From assembly GCA_051362555.1 (NCBI GenBank), contig CM120643.1, positions 29,454,848-29,518,847 on the forward strand: DNA of 64,000 nucleotides, written 5' to 3'. The notes under the pieces are model-generated. The model was not told where the DNA came from, did no database searches, and saw nothing but the letters and a program-made list of their open reading frames with translations. The translations under genes were made by a program, and so were the position numbers. The stretch's first letter is position 1, and each line of letters opens with the position of its first letter. The stretch is from Lingula anatina. Lineage: Eukaryota; Animalia; Brachiopoda. Below are positions 49,801-63,500 of this stretch, piece by piece.

Positions 49801-52800
49801 TTCCTGTAACTCGTTAGGCGAATAATTGATCAACACTTATGTACTTATGTACTTATGTAGCTTTTGCGTACTTATTCCATTTGAGTTAAATTTTAGCCCA
49901 ACAGGACAAAGACAGCGTCGAAGACTGAAGACTTCATCTTTACTGACCAACACGGGAGATGATATTTTTCGTTGTCTATAAATATGTAAAACCAACATCA
50001 AAATCACAAGAGGGCGATACCTAAGCTGCCCCATTCGCAGCACTACGGATGATCACTCAAGTTAGAACTCAAGTTTACGCACGTGAATTCAGAGAGACGT
50101 GTAAATTACGTCATCGTACCTGGATTGTGGGATAGTCGCAAACTCGGAGTCCGTTGTCAGCGTGGTCCTTCTCCGTGGCATGTTTGCAAGCAACATCGAT
50201 ACAACCAAAGGCTATACCGTTCCAACAGGAGGCAGTCAGCAGCAAGAACCACGGGTCGCCAATTTCATCAGTTATGGCTGCACCTTCACCTGTACAATTA
50301 ATGAAAGCGATGACTCTAAAATTGTATTCCACCCAGAACTTACACCAGAAAATGTCGAAAATGTCCCACTAGAAATCTTTAAACGAAGCCGCGTAATGGG
50401 TGCACCAACATAAAATAGAAATAAAAAACAAAACAAAAAACAAAACAAAAAACAAATGTTATCTTAATCAATACACCCCTATCTAAAACCGTTCAAAAAT
50501 TGATGATTAATATATCAAGTTATTAATTTCTTATCTTTACCATTAGGCGAGAAACTCAAAATTTTGTCAACAATTTTGGTTAATGTCTGAATTACCGAGT
50601 TCTCCAACCTGCCTGTCTTGACTAAGTATGCCCTCTGTTATAAGTACGCCAGATTGGTTACCACGGAGACCAAGGGATTTCCAGTCGTCAGCGTGGGCAC
50701 GAACCTCGTCCTATAGTTTAAAGGTAACATTTCATGTAATGGATAAATGCTGTGGTTTGAACAGTTAGCACAGTGAATTATTCAACAGAGACTACTTTTT
50801 AGGTAAATTTTACATGATAAAATGTTTATATCGTATCAGTTTATTAGAGGTTTATTAGCTGCCGTAAAACATTGTTTTAGTGCACGTGTAAATTATGCAT
50901 GTTCAAAAAAAAAAAAAAAAAAAAAACGAAAATGTTTTGAAGGCAAATATGCATAATCGTTTTTTAACCACCTATCAATATTGGTTTGCGATAAATCAAA
51001 TGATATCTTTTCAAAATCCGGACAAATATTAAAGTCGAGATTGGAATTTGAACTATACCAACCTGGAACAGTAGAAATATGGAGAGGTCGGAGTAGTCGC
51101 CGCCAAAGCCCGGGCTAGTGGTTTGGACGACGTAGAAGTCTGCAAAACCGGCGCTGGTTGTCCAGGAGGCGTACTTTAATATCTGGAACCTGCCATCCTT
51201 GGTATACCGGTTCTTAGAGGACAGTGGGTACCAAAAATGTCCACCTAGAAAACATCATAATTATACATGTATGATACGCGTAATGCCAATTATTAACGAC
51301 CAAATCTTCAATCGAAATAGTTTTAATCGATATCATTCAAGTACTACTGATGTTCTAGGCATGTGTATTTAAAATACCACATCAGCTGTATGACAAAGCA
51401 TGCGTGTTGTATAAAAAGATGGGAAAGATAATGTTATGTGATAAACGGAAAATAAATGGGAATCAAACAGCTACGACTCTTTCGATTTATGTAAACTTAA
51501 ATAAAACCGATTTTCTCACGAGTGTAGTCCCCAAAACATTTAAATAAATAATAATTAAATAAATATATACACGGATAGAAAGATAATGTGCCTTTTTACC
51601 CGTAGCGGGATCACTAAAAGACTCAGTCCCCACCAGCTTGTCTTTGTTCAAACGTTGGAGGACACTTTTGATGAGTTTGTTGTTATGGTAACGCAGTAGG
51701 AGAGTAGCCACTGCTCCAACGTGCATACCTAAATTGACATATCGGAAGCCAATGTAAAATGAAAGAGACAGCTAAAATGTTGTTTTGAGGGTTCCAACGA
51801 GCTAATAATTTTGATTGTTTTTAAAGTAATGTTAACGCTTTATTAGTTAACAAAATTGGTGAACAATATTACAGTTAATAATGGCCATTTATTCTGAAGA
51901 ACATCTTTTCTTCTTTCTAATCTTTGCATATTATATTGCCCCAGATGAAAAAGAAATGACACTGGACCATATTCCAATTTATTTTATCAACTAGAATGCT
52001 TTTCCGGCCTAAAGATGGCGCTATACTTACAGTAAACCATAGCAGTACTGGGGCACCCATAACGGGCAATAGTCTCCACCACCATGGCGGCACACACGTG
52101 GTTCTCGCCCAGCCCGCCGAGGTCCTTCGGTACAATCAATCCCAGCAGCCCCAGCTCCGCCATGGCGTTCAAGTTTTCTCTTGGGAATTCATATGTCTCG
52201 TCATATCTTACCTGGTTGATTATAAGGTGTAAATTCAGGGATGAAACTGGTGAATGTAAATCTCTTTACAACTTCTTGAATCTATGTGCATGTTGTTCAT
52301 TTGCGAATATCCATGGGCAACTGTTGGTATTATGATTTAATCTGAGCGATAATTCGCAGACATGAACCACAAAGGACCATAACGCTTAACTCACAGGTGT
52401 GGGAACGGGAGGATAATTAAGAGGTCAGTGATGAGACCTGAAAATGATATACATGGCAATTAATCGGGGGTTAATTATGGGGCCAACCCCCCCCCCCCCC
52501 CCCCCCAACCTTTTGTTCAGCATTGCCAAACATATATCGGGAGCAAGGGGGCAAGAAGGGTCTTCCTCTTCTGTGGCTAATTTATTTCTGCCCCTCCCCT
52601 CCCTCCAACATACTTACATTTGCTTCCTGTTACCATTATGATTATATATATTACTAAAACTACTCCTTATGGTGCATTTCATTAACATCTCATTGCGCCT
52701 TAAAAATATCTAAAATTATTAAAAACACTGACAATACTGACAATAAGTGAGTAAACGACACGGGTAATCAGATAAAAATAAATGCATTAATAAATCAATA

Positions 52801-53870
52801 CATAAAATGTATTAATAAATTGATTTTAATTAAAAACGTTACTAGATCTAGATTTTTGAATTCTCATACCTGCCCATGTGAAAATGAGACCAAGGTTCGA
52901 AGAGGATAGTAAGGCTTCGTTCACATGCAATGTCTATTTTCTAAATTCTATTTTCTATTCGCGCTATCTTATGATCACGGTTTGTACCCTGAATATCCCG
53001 CCGCGTAATTACTGGCAGCGCGAGCCAGTTACTTATAGTAACTTATAGTAACTGGCTCGCGCCGCCAGTAATTACGCCGCGGGATATTCAGGGCACAGAG
53101 CGTGATCATAAGACATACCACGAATAGAAAATAGAATTTAGAAAATAGACATTGCATGTGAACGAAGCCTAAGTAAGCAGTTATGTGTGTCAGTAGCGCT
53201 TAACTTAGCTAAGATTTCTTATGATAAAGGATGACACCCTTATCGGCTTGCTTTTTACCAGAGACAGCGAAAGCGTTAAATGCACCCGACCATTAGAAAA
53301 ACCTGACAGAATGAATAGTATAAAAGAAAAGAGGAATAATAATAATAAGGGCATTAGTACATACAGTAACTAATTCATCGCATTGTTAATGTGAACCTGG
53401 ATTTGGAGATCTAGGAGTCAGCTACTATGGATATAATTATGGCATCAAAAAGAAAATTGATACACATGGATGGAATTTAAATTCGTCTGCCCCCCCTGAC
53501 ATTAGAGCGTGACGTTATGTCAAATGTATACTCAACTTACTCATGCTTTGTATGATGCTATTTTAAAAACTCGCGGCTTTGAATGTAGTCTGGGCGCTTT
53601 TTAAAGTAAAAAAAATTACAGTGTTGTTTTGTTGTTTTACAACACTAGTGGTTTAGATTAAAGTCATTTACACAAATCAATTACAGACACAATTTAAAAT
53701 CGTGTTGTAATGTAAAAGATACTTACGGCATTTGGTCGCATCGTCGTTCGACACAGCTCCATCAGCTTGGCCTGTAGTTCCCTCTGTTTATCTGTCAGCA
53801 CCCACTGATGGTCGTAGTTGAACCCAACCCCCCAGTAAGGGCGCTTACCCCAGGGTTTCTCTGCGAACAT
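46871..53870 (-). CDS. Copy B: ACAD-fold flavoprotein/cytochrome-b5-reductase-like fusion, 11 exons, 768 aa from the second ATG
   Basis: Exons (-) 53870-53727, 52211-52031, 51728-51600, 51244-51063, 50710-50596, 50289-50120, 49543-49413, 49143-49028, 48771-48654, 48269-47767, 47388-46871; exons 2-11 have the same lengths as in copy A, all GT-AG, no stops seen; first ATG is ACG (53876-53874). Confidence 0.9.
52913..53169. mobile_element. Almost fully palindromic Harbinger-type MITE (257 bp) in intron 1 of copy B
   Basis: TIR GGCTTCGTTCACATGCAATGTCTATTTTCTAAATTCTATTTTCTATTCG, TAA duplication, empty site in copy G (GATAGTAAGTAAGCA, ~40590). Confidence 0.9.
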
Positions 53871-54179
53871 ATCCGTGGTGCTTCAGCGCGATCCGACGAT
53901 CTTTACAAGTGACGCGTTGTGACGAACTAAGTGCTTCTTTATAGTGTCGCTACTTTGTCACCTGATCTACCGTCTAGGGATCCAGGGTAAAGGTTGTGGG
54001 TCGTGCTCTTGGTATCATTTTATTAACATCAAATTTCACAAGAGAAACGGTTCTGACTGAACAATTCAACTGTATCGATATTCTGACATTGCTTATATTC
54101 CGCCTCTTCAGGTTACTCTGATTCAGGGGGTGACACTTCTATTGTCCAGTGTGTGAAGCTGCCTCCCCTCATTCAATAA

Positions 54180-54908
54180 AGGCCCAGTCACAATCTCGGC
54201 GATCTGTCGGGGATTAGTTTTGGCCGGGGGTCGTCGTAGAAAATAAAGAATCCTTCAACAATCCTAGCAATAATCCTAATAAAAGTGGAGCAGTCACATT
54301 GACTGAGATTTTTTCAAGGATTTTGACCCGGTTTTGTCGAAAAATCGTGGGATTAGCCTCCGATCGCCTCCGATTACATCTCCGATGATGCACTGCAGCA
54401 AGAGCATCTCAAACTTTTAGCGATCCGGTCGGAGGCGCCCTTATATACACGTCGATTTACTACGATTCCACCGTACGATTCGTCGGAGACGATCACATAA
54501 AGCGTACGAATCGTCGCAGGGCGCCTCCGATTCAGTCGGAGGGCGCCGGAGACTACTCGCAGACATTGAATCTCAACCTGATTTTCCAATCCCACACAGA
54601 ATATTGCGACTAGTCTCAGATTATTCGGAGGACGCCTCCGATTAATCGGAAGGCATCGTAGGTCATCGGAGATTGTGTCTGGGATGCCCAAAATGGGTGA
54701 CAAATCTTGCGAGCAATCTTAAAATGTAAGGTTCAAAGTTGGGGACTGCGACGGGTGTGGCGATGTCTAAAAAATCTGCGACAGCCCGCAGGCGTCCGGA
54801 GAGCGCCTCCGACGGGTGCAAAATCGTGAGATCTGTCTCAAGATTTTGTTCAAATTTCCCGGGTTTTACCCATCCCCGACGCATCGCAACTGATTTGTGA
54901 CTGGGCCT
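54180..54908. mobile_element. PIF/Harbinger-type non-autonomous element (729 bp) between divergent copies B and C
   Basis: TIR AGGCCCAGTCACAA / TTGTGACTGGGCCT, TAA duplication; empty site at ~22530-22540 in the inverted paralog. Confidence 0.9.
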
Positions 54909-54993
54909 TAAGCCAACTGTTACGACCACCCATATGCCTATGCTTAACAGTGAAGTCTTTGTCCAAGAGACCGTGCGCTTCGATCGGTTATAT

Positions 54994-55028
<35 letters not shown>

Positions 55029-55689
55029 TCTGTGTGTTTGTGTGTTTGATTGCAATTAACGTTCAAGCACCTCTTTGATATATAAGATAAAATACTTCAT
55101 CACGTTTTATAAAAAATGGTTTAAAAGTGAAATGTAAAAGCCAATAAAAATAGGCATTTGGTCTGGGTTCGCCGAAAGTATCGTGGTCAAGATTTGAGAC
55201 AAATGTTACGCTGTACAAGGCAATGGAAATGGATTACTGTTACTCGTGGGGTGCCAACCAGTCCCAGCAATAGACGAAGACGGCTGAACACGCCGGGACT
55301 ACTGTCTGCCTGACGCACCTCACCCCTGTATATTGAATAACACAGACAGCTGTCAGACTTTATGTGCATTATAAAATAAGGTTAATGTATTCATTATGCT
55401 GGTTAGAAAACAACACACGTACATTCAGACAGGTGTATATTTACAGATGAGGGTACCTTTATATAGTTATCAGCACTAAAATTGATACTATGGCTTGGAA
55501 AAGGCACCTATGACTATTTTTCCAAACAAATGCTGTATAAATCAACTTAAAGCGAATGGTATTACATGCACCATTTAATGAAGAAACCGTTGTGCTACAT
55601 ACACATTGTAACTGCTGCAAAGACAGAAATAATAATAAACAGTCGGAGCCTCTCCACTGTCAAGTGGTGCCTTATGAATAGTAACCCCC

Positions 55690-56581
55690 CCCCCCCACAC
55701 ACACACACACATCAGTGCCACATGTTGGGTGGGCACCGCATTCACCAGACTTGGACCTCCCCAGATTTTTATCTGTGGAGGTATCTCAAAGACAATATGT
55801 ACCAGAACAACCTTACTTGATTGGTGATCTGTGGGGAGCAATCACAGCAAATTTCAGGGAAATCTCGAAGTAGGAAAGTGTTTGAGAAATTGACAATTTT
55901 TTGCGACATATGCAAGTTTGCATCTTATGACTAGGAGGCCATTTGGGGCATATTTTTAAAGAGAACATAACTTTCGTGTTAAGTGACCAAGATAACTAAA
56001 ACTTTGGGGAATGCTCATACACATATTGACGTTTATGTCCAGCAAAACTTTGATGGGCCTTTGTCAGATTTAATAAATGTATGGGCTCTGTTTTTTTTTT
56101 TTTTATTTTTTATTTTTTTATTTTTTTTTTTTTTTTGGGGGGGGGGTGTCACCCTGTATGTTAAAGTGTCTTACCCTAATATCAGTAAGACGCACCCTGT
56201 CGACTTTTTTAACTGGAACCACTGTCCATCTATCCCATTGCATCATCCCAGTGACTGCCACAAAGCGATATCAGGAGAGATTGAGCAGCAACAACACAGC
56301 ATTCTCCAAACCTGAACCCACTCAAACAATTGGTAAACTGAAGACAGCAAGTAATTGACAATTTTTGGCGACGTTTGCAGGTTTGCCCCAATGCAGCGTT
56401 AGGCCATTTGGAGCATACTTTAATTATGGATACGTTTTTAGCAAATCGACCGAGATAACTGAAACTTTGGGGAATGATCATACACATACTGAAGGTAAAA
56501 TCATTTCTTGACATTTGATGGACCTTCGTAGGATTTAACAAAGTTTTTGAGTTCCGTTTTTTTTCCTTTGGGTCACCTTGC
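55690..56581. mobile_element. Degraded Tc1/mariner-superfamily remnants
   Basis: WAPHSPDLDLPDFYLWRYLKDNMYQNN-like transposase remnant (~55730-55812); TIR-like GTCACCCTGTA (56147) and GGGTCACCTTG (56570). Confidence 0.65.
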
Positions 56582-57449
56582 ATTTAATGTTATAATCCCC
56601 GGTTACATAGTGTCAAATGTCGTTAACATATATGTATATATATTCCATATCAACAATGTCCACTGAATTTCCTAGCGTTCTGAAAAGAGTCCTGCCTTGG
56701 AGTTAGTGAGATTTAAGTATTACCCCCAAATATCCGTTGAATATACGTTTTAGAGAGTGTTCCTACAATCTTATCGTACTAGCTGGATCGATCTTTCTCC
56801 TCGGGGATTCTCCCTAAATTGCATTCAGTTTAAGTGGCTGGAATTTAAATGTCTGGCATGCCCCCCTTGTAGCTTAAAGTGCTTGGGTAAAGTCGGGAAA
56901 ACATGTAGACCAGCTTTTTAAGATGACAAGAGCCTCCGGCCGTTTCCATGTACATGCTTATGTTAAAATCCAACAAAGTGCGAAAAGCAGCCCACTTCAA
57001 GTGACACTATGCGGGCCATACGTGGGTCCCTTTACGAATTTTTGTAACCCGTGAAAGCCACTTTTTATTTCCCAAGGCACGTGAGATGTTCATATTATTT
57101 TGCCTGATGTGAGAAGCACCCCTTTCCAGTGACTCGTGAATGTGTCTGTGTCTTTTTTATCCTCTGCCCTGCATGAATCGAGTTCATTACACCGGCAATA
57201 AGTGGGTTTTTGAGGAATTTTGATTCGTTACATGTACCAGGAGTGAGATATGAATAAAGTTGTAATTACTATGATTTGTGAGATTTATGAATTTAATTTT
57301 CTGTGAACATGTGATTACAACCCCTCCAATGGGACTGTCTCATACGGTAAACTTATCACACCTTTAACACCACCGTAGCGTCTGTCACACGACCCACAGC
57401 CTTGACACTGGATTCCTAGAAGGTAGATCAGGTGATAAGCTAGAGACAC

Positions 57450-57520
57450 TATAAAGAAGCACTTAGTTCGTCACAACTCGTCACTTATAAAGATCGTCGG
57501 ATCTTACTTAAGCACCATGG
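57450..57520 (+). promoter_or_regulatory. Predicted core promoter of copy C: TATA box, Inr-like element and strong Kozak
   Basis: TATAAAG at 57450, TCACTT ~30 nt downstream (57481), GCACCATGG at the start codon; the same layout is conserved in B, E, F and G, with a CATAAAA variant in A. Confidence 0.5.
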
Positions 57521-60500
57521 ATATGTTTGCAGAGAAACCCTGGGGTAAGCGACCTTACTGGGGGATTGGGTTCAACTACGACCATCAGTGGGTGCTGACA
57601 GATAAACAGAGGGAACTGCAGGCCAAGCTGATGGAGCTGTGCCGAACGACGATGCGACCAAATGCCGTAAGTGTCTTTTACATTTCAACACGAATTAAAA
57701 TTGTGTCTGTAATTCATTTGTTTAAATGGCTTTAATCTAAACCATTTGTGATGTAAAACAACAAAGTGATACTGTAATTTTTTTAAAAATTTATAAAGAG
57801 CCCATACTACATTCAATAGCGCGAGACTACATTCAAAAGAGTTTTTAATATAGCATCATACAAAGCACGAGTGAGTCGAGCATACAAATGACATTACATC
57901 ACGCTGTACATAATGTCAAAGTTGCAGGCGAAGTTGTGTGTTATTTAAATTCCATGCAGGTGTATCAATTGTCTTTTTATTTTGATGCCATATATCCATT
58001 GTAGCTGACTCTTAGATGTCCAAATTCAGGTTTACATATTGACGATGAATTAGTTATGTACTAACCCAGCAGACAAACGACATTGATTCACGTTGAATCA
58101 ACGTTAATTTTGGTGGATCACCGTTGAATCAACGTAGAATCAATGTCGTTTGCCTGCTGGGAATGCTCTTATTATTATTCATCTTTTCTTTTCTATTTTC
58201 ATTCTGTCCGGTTTTTCTAATGATAGAGTGAATTTTAACGCGAATTTTCGCTGTCTGTGGAAGGAACCAATTCGATAAGGGTGTAATCCTTATCCTTATC
58301 TTGATCGTTTCAAAGCAATATCGTGTCTGTATGCACAGTGCATATGGAATCATATTAACAGTACAGATAACTACATCACTAAGCCCAGGAGATACACCCC
58401 TTACTTTTACTTGCTGAGCACTGCTATATATATATATATATATACAGGGGGTATATATATATATAATTCTCAAGTCTCATCACTGAATTAACACGTTGTA
58501 ATCGACCAGGTAAGATATGACGAGACATATGAATTCCCAAGAGAAAACTTGAACGCCATGGCGGAGCTGGGGCTGCTGGGATTGATTGTACCGAAGGACC
58601 TCGGCGGGCTGGGCGAGAACCACGTGTGTGCCGCCATGGTGGTGGAGACTATTGCCCGTTATGGATGTCCCAGTACTGCTATGGTTTACTGTAAGTTACG
58701 CCAACTATATGCCGGAAACGCATTCTAGTTGATATAATAAATTGGAATATCGCCAATTTCTTTTTTTGTCTGGGGCAATGAAATGCAAAAAAATAGAAAG
58801 AAGAAAAGATATATCCCGCACGAAAACGCAGTAGATACTCCAGCGCAGTAGACTACTGCAATCATACTGCAAACATGCCTGAAATCTGCTTCGATGTGGG
58901 AGCTAATTAGCATATTTGAAACATGCTTCTATCATGCTGCTAACCTACTGCATTAATGCTCCTCTCTGTACAAATTTATGTACTTTTTTGGAGTAGAATT
59001 GCAGTAGGCTATACTGCATTTCTACTGCAAATATGATCCACACCACTACTGCGTTAATGCTTCTTTGCTACTTCGATACTACTGCATTTTCGTGTGCGGA
59101 TATTCTTCAGAATTAGTATCCATTATCAACTTAAATATTGTTCTCCAGAATTTTTTTTACCTTTATAAAACATTGGAAAAATGACTTTAAAAACAACCTC
59201 TTGTCAAAATTATTAACTCGTTGGAACCCTAAAACAACATTTTAGCTGCCTCTTTCATTTTACATTGGATGCCTATATGCCATTTTAGGTATGCACGTTG
59301 AAGCAGTGGGAAGTCTCCTACTCCGTTACCATAACAACGAACTCATCAAAAGTGTCATCCGACGTCTGGACAAAGACAAGATGGTGGGGACTGTGTCTGC
59401 TAGTGATCCCGCTACAGGTAAAAACGCAGAGCGAGGTTTATCGATTTATTAATCTCTCTATTCAAGTATTTATTTAGTTAATTAATTAATGTATTTAGTT
59501 AGTTAATTATTTAATTAATTAATTAATTAATTAATTATTTTTGGGGACTACACACATGATAAAATAGGTTTTGTTTAATGTTTCATTCGTTAAAAGAGTC
59601 ATAGCTGTGCGACTTTCATTTTTTGGTTTTTTATATTATCTACCCCGCCTTTTATAACACCTATAATTTGCCATACAATTGATGTGGTACAGAGCATCAG
59701 TAATACCTGAATGATATAGACAAAAAAGCAACTGAAGATTTAGTCTTTCTTTATTGGCATTATATACGTGACATGTACTTATGATATCTCCTAGGTGGAC
59801 ATTTTTGGTACCCACTGTCCTCTAAGAACCGGTATACCAAGGATGGCAGGTTCCAGATGTTAAAGTACGCCTCCTGGACAACCAGCGCCGGATTTGCAGA
59901 CTTCTACGTCGTCCAAACCACTAGCCCGGGCTTTGGCGGCGACTACTCCGACCTCTCCATATTTCTACTGTTCCAGGTTGGTATAGTTCAAATTCCAATC
60001 TTGAAAGTAATATTTGTCCGGAATTTGAAAATATATCATTTGATTTATCACAAACCAATATTAATAGGTGGTGAAAGAACACGATTATGGCTATTTGTCT
60101 TCAAAATTTTTTTTGTTTGTTTTGGTTTTTGAAAATGCATAATTCACACGTGCACTAAAACAATGTTTTACGGCAGCTAATACGATCGATATACCATGTT
60201 ATCATGTAAAATATGCAAAAAAGCACAGTCTCTGTTGAATAATTTATTCATTGTGCTAACTCATCAAACCACAGCCTTTACCCATTACATAAAATGTTAC
60301 CTTTAAACTATAGGACGAGGTTCGTGCCCATGCAGACGACTGGAAATCCCTAGGTCTCCGTGGTAACCAGTCTGGCGCACTTATAACAGAGGGCTTGCTT
60401 AGTCAAGACAGGCAGGTTGGAGAACTCGGTACGTCAGACATTCATTTTTGTGAGAAATTGCATAATACATGCACCATTCTTCTCAATCGGATGTATTAAG

Positions 60501-63500
60501 AATGAATAAGGGCGAAATGAAACGTCCCATTCATGAATCTAAATTCCGCCCCTTATAATTTAATTTCTTTTTGACATTTTAACTCACACATGATCGAGCG
60601 TCAGCCATTTATAGAGCTGACATAAATTGTACAGGGGCATTCAACGCTTCCCCCCTTAATCCTCATGGTATATATGTACGTTAACCAAAATCGTTGACAA
60701 AAGTTTAAGTTATAAGTTTCTTAAGTTATCAGTTTCTAAATTTTAAGTGTCTCACCTAATGGCAAAGATGAGAAATTAAGAACTTAATATAATAATCATT
60801 ATTTTCGAACGGTCTTAGATAGGGGATGTATTAATTAAGAGAGAGTTTGCTTATTTAATTTCTATATAATACAGGTACACCCATTATGTGGCTTCATTTA
60901 AAGATTTCTAGTGGGACATTTTCAACATTTTCTGGTGTAAGTTCTGGGTGGAATACAATTTTTGAGTCATCTCTTTCATTAATTGTACAGGTGAAGGTGC
61001 AGCTATAAACGATGAAATTTTCGACCCGTGGTTCTTGGTACTGACTGCCTCTTGTTGGAACGGTATAGCCTTTGGTTGTATCGATGTTGCTTGTAAACAT
61101 GCCACGGAGAAGGACCACGCTGACACCGGACTCCGAGTTTGCGACTATCCCACAATCCAGGTACGATGACGTAATCTGCACGTGTTTCTGAATTCACGTG
61201 CGTTTACAGTTGAATATTCAGATTCGAGTGATCCTCCGTAGGACTATGTATGGGGCAGCTTAAATATCGTCCTCTTGCAATTTTGATGTAGATTTTCCAT
61301 ATTTTTAGACAACGCAAATATCATCTCCCGTGTTGGTCAGTAAAGATGAAGTCTTCAGTCTTCGACGCTGTCTGTGTCCTGTTGGGCTAAAATTTAAGTC
61401 AACTGGAATAAGCATGCAAAAGCTACATAAGTAAAATGCAATATTAATTACTTTTTCACCTAACAAGGTACAGGAAACGTGAGCGAGATTGATGAGATTG
61501 GTAAACAGTTTAAATGTAAGGCAAAATATTAATAAATAATAATAATAATAATAATAATAAATTTATTTTAAGTCTAAAATCCATTTAAAATGTTCAGTAG
61601 ACTTAACATAAAATATCATAAATAATACTACATAAAATATCATAAATAAAATCTAGGTAAAACAGCCATTATTCCATACAATTAAATGCAATTAATACAA
61701 GATTTATACAACCAATTAACAGTTAATCAAAATATTTCCTAAAAAGGTATGTTTTGAGTTCTTTTTTAAAATGTTTGGTAGACTGAATTGCTCGGATTTC
61801 CAGCGGTAATAGATTCCATTCCTTTGGACCTTCAGCTTTAAAAAATATATCACCGTAGGTTTTTAATCGCATTTTTACTGGGTTGAGTAGCAATTGGTCT
61901 ACTTTTATTCCCAACTACACGATATAATAATTGTTATACAATGTTCTGAAGGGATAAACATCCGTTGATAAAGATACGTCGATTGAATGATGTCATTTGA
62001 AAGTCTAGAGGCTGCTTTGTACTCTATAACTCATTTTTGGGATATTTTATTGTGCTACTAAAGTATATTGTTGGGGCACTTCCAGTACTTCCTGACCTGC
62101 CAAGTGTATTTATCAACGAAAATTATGATTTAATCTATTCTAGGACTACTTTGGAGAGTGCATCATAGACACAAATGCTTGCCGAGCCTTTGTTTTCAAT
62201 GTGGCTCATGGAATGGATTTGGCAACAAATAATAATGATTGGACCATCCACAGTGACCTCAAGGTCATGCCAAGGTGAGAGGGTCAAAGTGAGGCTTAGA
62301 CAAGTGCTATGTTTGTGTGTAATAACCTGTCTTACTACATGGAATCTATTTATATATAATAAGAAAACCATCTCAATGTTGAAAATGTTCACACTTTTAT
62401 TCCATCTCAATCGCTTAAAATGAATATATTCTGGAAAGAGCTGAAATTGTTAAGGCCTATTTTTATTCCCAAATAAACGATATAATACTAAAACATGGTG
62501 CCTATAATCGCTTCAGAACAGACTTCCTGCACTGGGGCTGGCAGATAAAGTTTGCAGCGGCCAAAAATGTCGGACATGTTTCCGATGTAATGCTTCACGC
62601 CTGCGGTGGTTCTGGATACAAAACAGAATTGGGTGAGTTTCAATTTGAAATTAACAACATACACGAGCATTGCCTGAGCAAAATGTCTCCTTTCGAATGA
62701 GGGACATCGTTTGAATACAATTAAAGGCAGCTGACAAGAATGAAGTCTTTTCAGGTTGTGTAGGACATGGAATGGTATTCTTGTTTGATTCAAGAGACTG
62801 GCTGAATTATACATAATGCGATTAAACTACCAACCTTTGAACTTCACTGTAACTACCTATGTTAGGTAACATATAAAATTAATGACACAAATCTTCATTG
62901 ACTTATTGCAGGCATTGAACGTCTTCTCCGAGACGCTAAGGCCGGCTGGCTGATGGGTCCGAGCAATGAGGTCACACGGCAGTGGGTAGGAACCACGGCT
63001 CTCATGGGAATGGAGCAGCTGGATTACTGGTAGGTTGAGTTGATTTGCCAATCCATAACACCAGGGGCTGGTTACATAAAGAACCTGCAACCAAAACTTG
63101 GCTTTAACATAAAAATCAAAATCTTGCGTACACAATGTACTCGTTTTGTCTCAAGTTGAACGATAATTGTGGTCCATTTAAAAGAAATATGTCGCTAGTA
63201 TCATAAATAGTAAGAAATGACTAATGTTTTAGACCATTAGCAACTTAATCTTGTTGACCCAACATCTTTGGTGCTCGGTTCGTTTGTGCCACCAATCACA
63301 GTTTGAATGGAAACAAGACAGTCATGAGGAAAGTTGGCAACTTTCTTTCTTTCAAATAAAAGCTACTGCTTTTAATTCCATTAAAATAAACATACATACA
63401 TTTTAAAATTTAATCTGTAGGTTACAGAGAGCAAACAAGCGCCTTCTTAACTACGAGTTAAAGAAGCTGACACCGGAAGTAAAGAGGGAGCTTGCGCACA

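Noticed and set aside
54374-55055. 109- and 130-aa ORFs
   Set aside because: They lie in a GC-rich Harbinger MITE and a TG microsatellite and show no protein motifs.
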